A DNA stretch of 64,000 bases, taken from Amphiscolops sp. MND2022 (Eukaryota). The translations under genes were made by a program, and so were the position numbers. Numbering within the stretch: position 1 is the first letter of the stretch; each line of letters begins with the position of its first letter. The notes beneath the pieces were generated by a model. That model did no database searches. It was not told the origin of the DNA and saw only the letters and a program-made list of their open reading frames with translations. Where the stretch lies: positions 33,294,001 to 33,358,000 of the forward strand of contig OZ076410.1 of the NCBI GenBank assembly GCA_964187785.1, given 5' to 3'. Below, piece by piece: positions 11,759 to 24,800 of this stretch.

Positions 11759-12296
11759 CATATCCTCGACTGTGATTTCGTCCTCAAATGAGGACAGCGA
11801 TTTTTTTCGCAACCAATAATAAATTACGACACGCATAGGGGAAAACAAAAAATTGTCTTTCTTATCGAAAATCTATTGGACTATCTGGTGTGAATTGTTA
11901 TTTGTGTCAATATAGATTTTTTCCGGGCCACTGGCAAAAAAGTACCTGAAAAAAAGTGAAAAATTGCAAAAAAGTACATTTCAGAAAATTCGTTTTTTCT
12001 CAATAACTGAGCAACTGTTTGCTAAGTTACTGTCCCACTTTAGTAACACTGTTTGCCACCATTGAAAACGCATATAGAAGTTTTTATCAATGAAGCTTCA
12101 GATGAGTTCAACCGATATTTGAAAGGACCGGCGCAGCGACCTAACTAGTGTGCATTTGAAAACTTAGGTGAAGGGCTCTCAAGAACAGAAATCCGATTGG
12201 AGCTGCGGCTATTATTTGTGGAGAAATGAACCTTTGAAAAAATTTTGCCGAAATTTTGTCAATTTTACGACTTCTCGGTGTACTGTCGAGGATATG
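11759..12296. mobile_element. MITE-like element with CATATCCTCGAC terminal inverted repeats and TA flanks (Tc1/mariner-type signature)
   Basis: ta|catatcctcgac...gtcgaggatatg|ta. Confidence 0.55.
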
Positions 12297-12962
12297 TATA
12301 CTGTAAGTACTGCGTATTAGTAATTTTCTTATTTCAAATCGTTGACATAAACTTTTATAGATACTTTAGTTTATTATTGTTTTAATTGTCTTTTCATTCC
12401 AGATTAGTTCGTTAACTTTCCCAAATACTTCTCCTGCATTGTAGTCAATTGCATCAAGTTGAAGACGTATGTTGTCAATTCGGGGACCTCTATAGAATAA
12501 CTTTTCACCAAAAATCCAATTCGCTACTTCAACACTGTAAAAATGAACAGAGCCAGAAAGGATAACATAAAACTAGAAGATTGAAATGTACATTGGAGCA
12601 ACAGTCAGCTTTCTGGATAACCTTTTCCATAATGAAATCTGGTTATTTATTTTAGATGAACCTAATGGATACAGGTTGTAATTCAATGGCGTCAAAGCTT
12701 TAGTTTGATATGTTCAAGTAGAAATCCAATTGCCAAATTTACGCTTGCTCGTTTCCAAAGAAACGAAGGAAGTTATATTAGAGCGATAACTGCGGAGTCA
12801 TTCTACAAGATATCAAATATAAGCAAAATAAGCGATTTATGCAAAGATAATTTTCGTAAAACATGGCACTGAAGATTGCGCTTCAGCAGGTGGAACAATT
12901 TGAGTTCTTTAAGCATATGTTTTTCGGAATAAGTATTCCAATTCAACGACGATGTTACTATA

Positions 12963-13169
12963 TGTGACATTATGTATTACGTCACAATTAAGTTCAGACC
13001 ATTGAGGTCACTATTGTACTTAGACAGTAAAGTACCTGTCAGCATTTGAGTTAATACCGCTTGTACATGTATATTATTATTAAAGCATATGTTAGAATCA
13101 GTTGAATCTAGAACGAGATATTGATACATTGTTACAAGCTGATTTTCCTTTATTTCCTACAATAGAACA
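12963..13169 (+). repeat. 5' LTR of element B
   Basis: tgtgacattatg...caatagaaca followed by PBS tggcgcagtc. Confidence 0.88.
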
Positions 13170-13192
13170 TGGCGCAGTCACATTAAACAAAA

Positions 13193-16100
13193 ATGGAAAA
13201 TAGCAAAAACTCGGAGAGCACAAGCCCTTCAAATAGAGAAATCTTGGAACGAGGAGCCACGCAGAACGAGAAAAAACATCAGAAGATTACCCTACCTTCG
13301 GAAAAAGGGAAATTCAAGAAGCCAAACTGAGGTGGCGCAGAGTCTCACAGTACATAAAGATGACACAAAATATTGATCTGAACATAATGACCACTGACAG
13401 AGAAATACTGGAACAGTATCGAGTAGAACTTGAAGAATGGATTAAATACCTATTTATTTGGACAATGGGTGAATCTGCCATTACTGAGATGACACGGTCC
13501 GCTCGAGACAAGATCCAAACAAGATGGAATAAACCAATTATATTCACTATTCAGACTACATTTTATGCAGAACGTAACAAGTTTCACAGTCGAGCCGATT
13601 TCTTCGGAATCGCAAGAGAGAAAAACGAAACAGCCGAAGACGTCTGGACACGAATTCTACGAGTAAAAAAGAATTGCCAATTCGAGAATGTAACCCCCGC
13701 AGAACTAATCGCCTCGAAAAATTTATCTCTGATAGGAAGATCAACGGGTGATTATGAATTGAAGAAGAAAATACGAAAGCGCGACATGACCATCGAGGCA
13801 ATTACGGACTTGATACACGAGAATATGTACGATAGACTAAACGAGTCAAAGAATTCAAATGATGGTAGAGGGATACAACACATTCAAGAACGACAATACA
13901 AACGAAAATGGTCTGATAAATCCGAATACGAAAGACCCAGGAAAAAACTGGACAGTCAGAAACCTCATCACAAAGATAACCGATGCGGTCAATGCGGCGC
14001 ACCGAACTGGTCAAGAATGAACACATGCCCGGCAAAATCCGCCGAAAGTGGTAATTACAAAAGAAGGGGACATTACGAGAAGATGTGCAGATCAATCAAG
14101 AAAACACAACACATCGAAAGACAGTCATCATCAGCAGAAGAAGACAATTGGGTTTACAACAAAATGCAGAAAGTAAACGGCAATGATCAGAAAGTTTTCT
14201 ATAATAAAACATTTTTGGTCAATGGTAGACCAAGCAAATTCATTATAGACAGCGGATCACCAGTTACACTAATCCCAAATTGCCTTTTTATTAAAACAAC
14301 TGAAGTGGAACCATTGGTTATCACTTATCGAGACGTAAATAAACATCGGATTGAATTCATTGGACAAAGAGAAGCGTTGGTGAAAACAAACAACAAGACG
14401 ATAAAGCTACCATTACTGATAACAAAACAGATAACATCACCATTGTTGGGATTAGTTTGGATGAAACGGCTGGGAATACACCTTATTACTGTTAACATCG
14501 AAATGCAATAACACATCCTCAAAATCGATCACACCGAAAGAAAAACAGCTCAATTAAAAAACGAATTCAAAGATCATCTATTCTACAATAACAAAGAAAG
14601 TAAATATTTATCAGTGAAGATAAACCTAAGAGAAGGGGCACCAATTAAACAACAAAAAGGCTGACAAATACCAATACACTTACAAGAACAAGTGGCAAAT
14701 GAACTAAAACAATTGATAGAAAATGGATATCTGGAAGCGACCGAAATAACCAAAGACTGTTTCGTGAGTCCCGCAGTAATAACAGTAAAGAAAGACAAGT
14801 CAATCAAAATAGCACTAGATTCACGAAAACTGAACGAAGTAACAATAAAACGTGAAGAACAAATGCCGAACATGGAAGAACAACTTTCAAAAATTTCGAG
14901 AAAAATATCCGAAGGAGAGGACGGTGAAATTCTGGCAACAAAATTAGATTTCGATTACGCTTACGGACAAATTTAACTGGAGGAAAAGTCAAGAAATCTA
15001 TGTATATTTACCGTTACGTATGGAAAATTAACTGACTACTACCGTTTCTTCAAATGATTTTATGGTCTGGCAGATATCCCATGAATATTCCAAGAACGAA
15101 TCGATAAAACACTGGAAAACAAACACCCGGCATGGCTTGACGATATAATGATAGTAACAAAAGGAGATGCAACGAAACACGAAGCAGAACTCAGAGAAAC
15201 GATAAAAAAACTCGAAAAAACTGGACACAGACTAAACCCAAAAAAGTGCGAATTCGTTAAACGAGCAAATGAATGGGTGGGACATACAAATCGATCAACA
15301 AGGAAAACGACCATTACAAGATACACTGGAAGCAATAACAAAAACAAACACACCAAAAATTGAAAAAAAATTAAAATCCTTCTTGGGAGCAATCCAAAAC
15401 CTCTCAAAACATATCGAAAAATTATCTGCGAACACCGATGTTTTGGGAAAACTGTTGAAGAAACAAAACAAATGGAATTGGACTGAAAAACCCACCAACT
15501 CATTCAACATCCTAAAAGAACACATATCAAATATCACTTGCCTAGCACATTATAATGCGAATAACGAAAACACCTTAACAACCGACGAAAGTACTGAAGG
15601 ATTGGGAGCAACACTGTGGCAACGACAGAAAGATGGTAATTTGAAACCAGTTGGTTATGCAAGCAGAATCTTATCGGACATTGAGAAAAAAAATGCAATA
15701 ATCGAACTGGGGCTTCTTGCAGTAGTGTGAGGACTGAAACATTTCAGACTCCACATATACGGACGACCAATTAAATATTAACAGATCATCAAGCGCTAGA
15801 ACCATTAATAGTGAAAAACAGATCAAACAAAACATACAGCGCAAGAATTTTACGTTGGCTAGACAGACTGGCACATTTTGAAATAAAGATAAAGCACGTT
15901 GCCGGTAAACACATGGGATTAACGGATATCCTGAGTAGAAATCCCGTGTCAAAACCAGAGCCAATAGTAAATTACGACAAAGAGTACGTCATTAATTGCA
16001 TAATACCACTATTTGCGTTCATCAACAATCATGGCAGCATCAATGAGTCGAAGATGAAAGAAACGCAAACGGACCACTCGAAGAAGTGTGAACAGAAAAC

Positions 16101-18136
16101 CGACCAATCACAGAACAGATACCAAAACAAACCAAAATCAAGCCACGGTAAAACGAACGAACGCAGTTCGTTGCTATTAACTCAGCACAAAGATTCGCAC
16201 ATTAACTCTTTCAAACAAAACGAAATCAAAATGGATTAAAAAAAAGATCGAGCAAATGGAAAAAGACAATACAGCCGAAACACTTGCCTTAACAAATGAA
16301 TGGAAAGAACTGGTAAAACCGAACGATTACAAAATGACGAATGGAGTCTGGAAGAAATATAATCCCCGCGATTTCACCGAATGGAAATTAAACGAAGTGA
16401 AATGGAACTACATCAAAAGATAAACAGACTTATCAGGAAAAGAATGGAACAACAGAGTGAAGAAACCTTGGAAGAAAAAAGCAGACGAGAAGAACTGTGC
16501 AAAGTGATCAGGAAAATAAGAAACACACCGATTTAGAACAATACAAAGAACAAGGGGCCATCAAAGATGTGACAACAGAAGAAATGGAAGATTACAGCGA
16601 AGAAACAAACAACATCCAACAATTCAAACGACTCGATTGACGTACCGGCAACCAATTTCAAAAAGTATCTGTGAGCAACGGGAGTCAGATACATTCAAAG
16701 GGTCCAAGCCAGCCACGTATAAGAAAAGAAGAAATGGAACTCAGAAGAAACAATAAGGCACTCCGAGCAAAAAGTCTCAACAGATTTAAAGATGATCGCA
16801 ATGGAAACAACAAACGACGACAAACTACTAAAAACATTAGTTTGCATGGAACGAAAAACAGCAACACAAATCTTGGACGAATACAAGCAGTACATCAAAA
16901 ACTCATCAACACGATTCGGGATAATGTTCTATACGACGACAAAAGAATTGTGCCACAGAGTTTGAGAAGCACCGTAAATGCATTACTTCACATAGGACAT
17001 CCCTCGATCAACAAGATGTCACACGCAGCAGAACCATTCTGGTGGCCAAGGATGAATAGAGAAATCCAACAAAAATGCGACGAATGTATACTCTGCAAAA
17101 TGACATGTAAGAACATCAAGCCTCAATTATCAATGAGAGAGGTTAATCATTTACCACCAATTGAAAAACCAAATCAAGAAATCCAATTGGATTTCATTGG
17201 ACCAATAAAATTTAAACAGAGACGATTTTCATATTAGTATCAATAGACCGATACAGAATCTGCGAAACACCTACAGGCAAAACAGCATAAATCTTTTTAG
17301 AACAATACATAAACTTTATTGGTATACCACAAACCATTCGAACAGATGAAGGTACGACCTTTACCGGGAAAGAATTCAGAGATTTTTGTAAAAACATAAA
17401 TATTAAACTGATTTACGGAACACCGTATACGCACACACCAAGCGGTCTGGTGGAAAGAGGTATTAAGAAGCTGAGAGGTTACATGCGCGCAAATTCAATG
17501 GACGGTTGCACAATTAATGAAGTATTAAGCCGTTCAGTAAATGTAAAGAGAACAACGGTCCACTCAAGCAATAAAGATACTCCTATTGAATACAACTACG
17601 AAAAAAACCTAGAAGGGAATAAACGAATTCTCTAAATCGTTCACCTAACGTAAAAACTAATGTGATTTCATCAAAGCCGGAGACCCTGCAGGTGTATACA
17701 CTTTCAAACAGCGAAGAACATTACTATCAGCGAGTGATGAAAGCACCACGAAATCTCAAAGAGGATGTTAGTACTAAATTACCATACCTCTTTCGCCAAA
17801 AGAAAGTAAGTAAACACAAATTTGAAAGTGCATACGATACTAAACCACAAATGGCTGAACTCTCAAATAACGAAACATACATTTACAACGAACGAAAACA
17901 AAATAATACACCGCAAAAGAGTAAGCAAATCGCTAAAATCTACATTTCAGAAACCACTATCCAGACGCGAAACCCCACGAGGACCGGACGGTCAATTCAC
18001 GACAACAACGTTCATCCAGCCAGAAACAACACAAGACGAGAGAGAGCACCGCAATCTTGGAGGAAAGTATGCTAGAAACATCAATGACAAGGGCCACCGA
18101 AATAAGCCCAGTGTGCGGACGGTGAAAAAAAGTTGA
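13193..18136 (+). pseudogene. pol: gag-pol of element B (zinc-knuckle remnants, protease, RT, RNase H, integrase) with many stops and frameshifts
   Basis: CGQCGAPNW...RGHYEKMC; FIIDSGSPVT; KIALDSRKLNE; WLDDI; GLGATLWQ...PVGYASR; LHIGHP...WWPRMNREIQQKCDEC; IQLDFIGPI. Confidence 0.9.
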
Positions 18137-18682
18137 TATAGGGTAGAAACGCACAAAAATCACCAGGACAAATCAACTTGCAGATGCACTTGGAGAAGCT
18201 GAACGAGTCAGAAGAAATACAAAACAATACAACTCCCACCACGGAAGAAGACCCAAACGTCATAACCGTAACCGACAAAAATGGTAATACCGATTTAATA
18301 AAAAAAGGAACAAAGATAAAATACAAATCAAAATACCAATAACGACCCAACTACACGAAAATCATCAAGGGTCAAAACCGTAAATCCTATAATACGTTTT
18401 GGTAATACAATAACACAATAATTATTGAAATAAACATAGTAAACAAGTGGGACCATCAGAACAACCAGTTGAACAATTAGATGGAGAGGAACCGAAGTGG
18501 AAGCAGAGATTGGCGGAGACCCACAGCCAATAAGAGATCAGTCGAAGAAACCCGGAGATAGAAAAAGGCGAGAGGAACTGATCAGTATCAACAAAACAAA
18601 TTGTCTGATGCTAACTACCATTTAAATTGTCATGTAAACAATTTGTTTATATACGCTTACAGCACCTTCGCAAGAGGGGGAA

Positions 18683-18895
18683 TGTGGCATTATGTTTTAC
18701 GTCACAATTAAGTTTAAACCAGTGAGGTCACCATTGTACTCAGACAGTAAAGTACCTGTCAGCATTTGAGTTAATACCGCTTTGACATGTATATTATTTA
18801 TAAAGCATATGTTCGTATTAAAATCAGTTAAATCTAGAACGAGATATTAATACATTGTTACAATCTGATTTTCCTTTATTTCCTACAATAAAACA
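18683..18895 (+). repeat. 3' LTR of element B
   Basis: tgtggcattatg...caataaaaca, direct repeat of 12963-13169. Confidence 0.88.
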
Positions 18896-19061
18896 ATATA
18901 ACATCGACGAGGTTTCTGATCCAAAAGTGTCCTGTAAAACATCATTACTAAGAAATCGAAAACTTTCTAGCGGCTCCGCGAAGGCCATAGGCTTTGTTAA
19001 TTCGTATTAGACCACTGGAGCAAATCGTAGACGTTTCCCTGCATATTGTCAGTGTAGGCCA

Positions 19062-19861
19062 CCCAAGTTTTCGATCTTTGTGAATCTGTGCAGATCTGCA
19101 GGATTTTTTCTGCGGGGTTCTGCAGAGATCATTGCACTGAATCTTGAAGATCTTTACAGAAGTGTGCAGAATTCGTTAAAGATTTTTGCAGAAATATGTT
19201 TTTCTGCAGCTTCTAAAGAACCAATATACTGCATTTTGGAACTTCTTTAACTACTTCATCAACTATTTTAGATGACCCAAGCTCAGTCAGTTGATACTCT
19301 CGATAACTCAAAATCCTCGAGAAGGAAAATTTGTCCCGTCACAGTAGTTTTGGCGACTGGAGAAATATTGGTTATACACCGTAATTTATCCATTTCACTT
19401 GAATTTTCCAGAAGTGGTTGTTGAACTTTGAGAAGCTCGTTTGCCTTATTGACTTCGTTTTGACGGATGAAATTTGAAATGTGGCAACCTTCTGGGTTGG
19501 TAGATGTGTTGATAAAGTATTGTTGTTGTAATCTTTCGGGGACATGGTTTGTTGAAGTAGTTTTAATAATTTCTGGTAAATCGGAATACGTTATAGTAAT
19601 TTACTGGTCATTGTTTGGATCTGTAAAGATCTGTAAAAATCTGCAAAACTCTACAGATCTGTACAGATTGCTGCAGCAAAACGTTTCATCATTTTGACAT
19701 AAATGAGATTTCTCTCGGGTTTTAATCGTTTGACCTTGCAGTGGGGTTTCTATTGTGTTTGTATTGTAAGTAGGTCATTTTCCTTCGAATCTGCACATAT
19801 CTGCAAAGATCTGCAAAAATTCTGCAGATCTGCACAGATTCGCCAAGATCGAAAACCTGGG
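19062..19861. mobile_element. MITE-like element with ~40-bp terminal inverted repeats and internal (a)gatctgca repeats
   Basis: cccaagttttcgatctttgtgaatctgtgcagatctgcag vs reverse complement of right end cccaggttttcgatcttggcgaatctgtgcagatctgcag; no clear TSD. Confidence 0.6.
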
Positions 19862-19964
19862 CAAGGAAACAATTAATAAAAGCTGGCGATCATCGGCAAA
19901 AAGAACACAATGGCAATCGCGTAAAAGTTGACCGACACCCTTTATGTATATTAAAGCCAGGATG

Positions 19965-20992
19965 CGTCGGAACGTGCATCAAGTTCATTTGATGTGGTAA
20001 TGGTAGGGGCGTTCCCTTCTCTATCATTAGAGGATGACTTTTCATTAGACGATATTTTCTCGGTTAGAGCTAGAACTAGATTCGTCAGTTCACTTATTTG
20101 TCTGTTCATTTCCGTAAATCTCTGATTTACGGCTTGACGTTCTGACTCGCCAGTGAAATCCAACAGATTTCCGTTGTCGAACTCGTTTATCTGTTCTCTC
20201 GTGAGAACTTCAGGGACACTACTTTCACTTTCGGTATCGCTATGTCGGTCAGGTCGGCACATGTGCGTTTGCTGGTTTTCTGCCACTTGAGATCTGGTAT
20301 TGACCATTTTGAAGAGATATTGGGTTTTTGAGGTCTTATTGAGTAATTGACAGAATGGTTAAGTATTCTAGTGATGAAATTATATCAAACTGAGAGGTAC
20401 GTATTTAGCAAACTGTTCGTCAAACTATCGCAAAATCTTCTGATGGTACAATTTCACTTGGTAGCAATTATGGCGACGTTGGTCACGTGACCACATCAAC
20501 CAATCACATCGCTATTTTCGTTCGCACCTTTGTTAGTAATCGCGCAATAATGTCGCAGCACCAAAATGAAATGTAGTTACGTTGCTATGGTTGCATGACT
20601 CAATTTGTATGATGATGTGGTTGCACTACTAGCATCATATATGTGAATGGTTAATGTATATAATTGTTTACAGGACTGACTGCACTGAAACGAAATCTGA
20701 TGATGGCGTATCAGCCACATTACTTTCTTTTCTAATTAAAATTCACGAAATTAATTTAATTGACATACGTAACTAATGTGTGAAATATGGGGGATAATAG
20801 TAAAGTTATTTAGGGACTGAATAGAAATGATGCTTTTTAGCAGATTCTAGTTCGAGTTTTATGATTTGGTTGACTTCACCACATTCTTTCCTTTCATCAT
20901 CATCCTTTTACTGTTTGCATTTGTTTTGAGCTCAGGTATGCAGGATGGTTGACCACATCCTTGTTTGATTTTTTCATGCGTCACGCATGACA
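19965..20992 (-). repeat. 3' LTR of element C (contains a copy of the gag start; ORF 20307-19951)
   Basis: Direct repeat of 33869-34896. Confidence 0.93.
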
Positions 20993-21888
20993 CTCCGGGT
21001 CTTTTTTTTGAAGAGAACGTGTGGTTGGAATGGTGAATTGTCTCGTTCGGTTGGTTGGAAGATCGGATGCGGCATGCTAGTTAGCAAAGTTGGAATTGCT
21101 GTATTCGTTAATTGGATTGAGTGCTCGTGTTGTTATAGCGACCACATTAGTAGTGGCGAGTTGACTTTGTGGTTGGAAATAGACAGTGATGTTGTTATAG
21201 CAACCACATTGACAGCGGCGGATTGATTTCGTTGCAGGAAATTGTCGGTTTGATTTCCGCTAGCTACTAGTTCGTCTCGGTTCGGCAATCGATCAGCGTG
21301 TTGACTGATCCACTTCGGTTGAGAGTAAATGTAGAGTCGATGTGGCGAGAGTAGCCACGTCATCCAAGCGTGCGCGTTGTTTGCAGAGAGAGAGTTAGCG
21401 TAAGAATGAATTTGCCGGAAATCAACAACGTGGCAGCGTAATATAATTACTCGGCTTATTCGGTAACTGTTCGGAAGTAAGATGCAGTGGAAATGTCGTG
21501 CGCTTCGTAAACAAATCTTCGTCGATGCCAAAACCGAGAAACAAATCTTTCTCCATTATATTCATTGGTGCGATTCTTCAGCAGTTCAGTTCGGCCGCGG
21601 TTTACTGAGTGACTGTATCCACTAAGCAAGTAGGATATAGATAGGATAAGCCAGGGAGTCGTGTTGTGATTTTGACAAATTTTTCGGGTAGGTGTTGACC
21701 GTTTTAGAGGAAATATTAGTAGACGGGTGACGGGAATTCGGTTGTCCCTTTGAAATTTTCGGGTAGTAACTTTGCATAGATAATGTGGGTGATCAGGCCA
21801 CATGATCCTTAGAAGTTAATTTGAATCTCAGTAAATCGCAAACGACTGTATGCTTCCAGATTGTTACCCTTGATTTTATTCTTTTCAG

Positions 21889-24800
21889 ACTTGCTTGTTA
21901 TTGCCGATATGAGTTCAACGCCTCAAGTGGAGACGTCTCAGGCTGCGACTGATGTGGCTTCTGTTGTGTTAGCTGCGGAGGGAGTGTTCACTGAGTTAGC
22001 ACAGTTAAGTTTTTCTTCGGTGGGCAGTGAATTAACAGCTGCTGTGGAGGAGACTCTGTCAGGAGAGCGTCTAGGAATTTGTTGCCGTTTCGCTGGGAAA
22101 GTGACTGCTGCCAATAAAGAAGTAGCCAACACGTTATTAGAGATCGCTCTATCGAGTGAATTCCGTGAGTACCCTCAATTTCCAATATTTCGTTGTTCTT
22201 TTTCTTTTCGAAGTAGTAACCAGGGGAGGTTATCTTCCTTCAGAGCATCCTGAATTATGATATGCTAGTATGTGGTTTGCACGGTACTGGCATTGTGGCA
22301 TGTACTTCCCGGGATCAAATGCTCTGGGTAACTCATGTGGTAGCTAAATAGGCATTATTGTGCTTTTAGAAGAATTGTCACTCGTAGAGATTGTGAGTTT
22401 GCTCCGGAGACTGTTAGCTTCGAAACGGAGTATTGCTGCCAGTGGTGCTACTGAACTAACTGCTGTGGAGGATCGGCTCAGTTCTGTCCTCGGTGATGAG
22501 CGAGGTACGTAGTTGATTGTTATCCATTAGGTTGAATATACTTCCAGTCGTAGTTCACTGTTAGGATTGGCGGTATCTTGCATGTAGAATGGTGCACAGC
22601 ATATGGTCAAAATTAAGTTGTGTTGTAGGGACTGTTACAGGCTTGCGTGTAACCATTGCTGAGTTGGAGTCATCCTTTCAGCGGATGACGAAAGAATTGG
22701 CAGAGACTGTCAAAGCGATTATCGATTCCAAAATGGGCGGGCTGGGATCAGTCTGTGCGTTGTCCGTCCAGGAGTTCATCGGAAAGTTGAAAACAGCAAT
22801 GGAGCACTTGGCTGCGTCTTCTGTGCCTGGTGGATCTGTCGAGCAAGCTGTGACAAGTGTGCCGTCAGTGCGGTTGGAAGCACCCGGGAGTCCTTTGGAT
22901 GCCAGTAGTTCACGATCTGTCAGCTTGAGTCAAGTGTCCGATGTTCCGACTGCTTTCGCTGGTGTCCGTTCAGTGCCCCCCTTCGAAAGAGGGGGGTATC
23001 TCCACATCCGCTACTGCTAAACCTGGTAAGAAATCTCAGAAGATCATGGGAGGGGTTTTAGTATTAGCACTTAGGTTAAGGATTACGATTTACGACACAA
23101 GTTTTTTTTTGGAGTTTGCTGTTTTCTATTGTAGGTCGCAAAAAGAAGGTGAAGACGTTGAAGCCGGCCTATTTCGTTTCTGGTGTGGTGGGGACCTTTG
23201 TTGGTTTCCCACTGCATAAGCGCGTAGTCGACGGGTATGCCAGGTGCCTGTTGTGCAAAGTCGACCTCAGCATTGCCGAACGTGGTTTGTCTTCCTTGTG
23301 GGAGCATTGGCGGGGTGTAGAACATACCCGTGCGGAGCAGAAGTTTCGCATCATGATGCAGATGCCGTTACTTGATAAGGCCTGTCGGCCAGTGTCAGCA
23401 GAAGAAGACAGACGGATTCGGCGAGCACGGATGTCTGAACCGCCTGTGTTTTTGGAGTCAGAGCTGAGTCTCAGTGTTGATGAGAGGGTTGCCATTGAAG
23501 AGGCTGAAGCGGTTGCTGGAGGAAAACCTGTTTTGGGCGAGGAGAGCGTTTCATTCCTGTGGTTGAGCCAATTTGTGAGCAATTTCTGTAGTACTACCAC
23601 ATTCAGAGATGTGATGCAAATGGTGGAGTCGTGGCGGGACACCATGAATACGGAACTGCGAGTTGAGTGCCGCACCTTAACCTACACACGATGTCAGGTA
23701 TGTATCTACATAAGTTCATGTCGATTTCTGTTTGTGTGTGATGAGGTCATCTAAGGGTTGTGGCTGTATGTTTGGGTGTGCAACTATGCGGCTATAGTTG
23801 AAATTGTGCAGAAAGAGGTTGATTTTTTTTTGTTTACAGAGTTTGGTTCACTATGGATTGTATCGGTTCGTCGTGGAGCAGTTAGATGAATTGATAGCTC
23901 GTGGTAAAGGCGCGAGTGTCAGTATCCGACGACATGAAGCAGATTGGTTGTGTGAGTGTCATGTGGTGTGCGACTACGCTGTGAAAACAATCGTTCTTGG
24001 TGTGGTGGTCGGCGGGACCGGCTGGGAGAAGCGAATGCTCGATACTGTTGTTCCGGTGTTGTTGAGTCTGCCACATGCTTCTTCTATGAGAGCGTACAGC
24101 ACGGAGTCAGATACCCGCATTGGATACGCGCTAGCAGCTTCAGTCGGGATCGTTGGCCCTTTGGTTGTGGGTCGAGTGACGCAAGTGTGGTTGTTTGACC
24201 TTGTTAGGAAGCACTTTCTTGCTGAGTTCGTGGGTCTGGATCCCCTCAGCGTTCTGGACTATTTGCGTGTTCGACTAGCCTCCGTGGTGCAGGAGAGAGT
24301 TCTGGATCGTTTGCCTCGTTTGAAACAAGTGAGTATTTTGAACTATACATGTATAGTATGTGGTATATCAAAGGACATTTGATCCAATTTTTTTTGGAGA
24401 GGAGGTGTTACTTTGCGGGGTCTACCTTTTTTTCTTGCGTGGATGTTTCTTTTGTTGTTATAGTTTATACTAGTCGGAGGAAGTGATGTGGTTTCGTTGG
24501 CTGCTTTGTGTGCAGAAGTTGTCGAATACTGGAACGACCTTGCAGTCTATTTTGGAACTCATCGCCCCCATGTGACTTCTGAGTTGCGCCTGGTGACTCC
24601 GCTTGAGGGGCAGGTATTTGACGATGCCATGATGCGCCCTCGTTTTGCCGTTCTACGTTTCATTTTGGATTTGTGTTAGTATGGTTTTTTTGTAATTGAG
24701 TTCAGCTAGGATGTTGGTGGCTTTTGTCGACTTAACTCTTTATCCCCCCTTTTTTTCTAAATGGTACGTTCAAACTAATTATGAGCATGGGTTAACGTGT

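Larger units (their letters stand above)
12963..18895 (+). mobile_element. Element B: decayed Ty3/Gypsy element with short LTRs (Mag-like)
   Basis: Two ~210-bp direct repeats TG...CA, roughly 90% identical by eye; PBS TGGCGCAGTC at 13170; PPT aagagggggaa at 18672-18682; flanks ctata/atata. Confidence 0.9.

Noticed and set aside
19951-20307. Second gag copy suggesting a tandem or truncated extra element
   Set aside because: It lies wholly inside the 3' LTR of element C; the homology stops exactly where the PBS begins in the 5' copy
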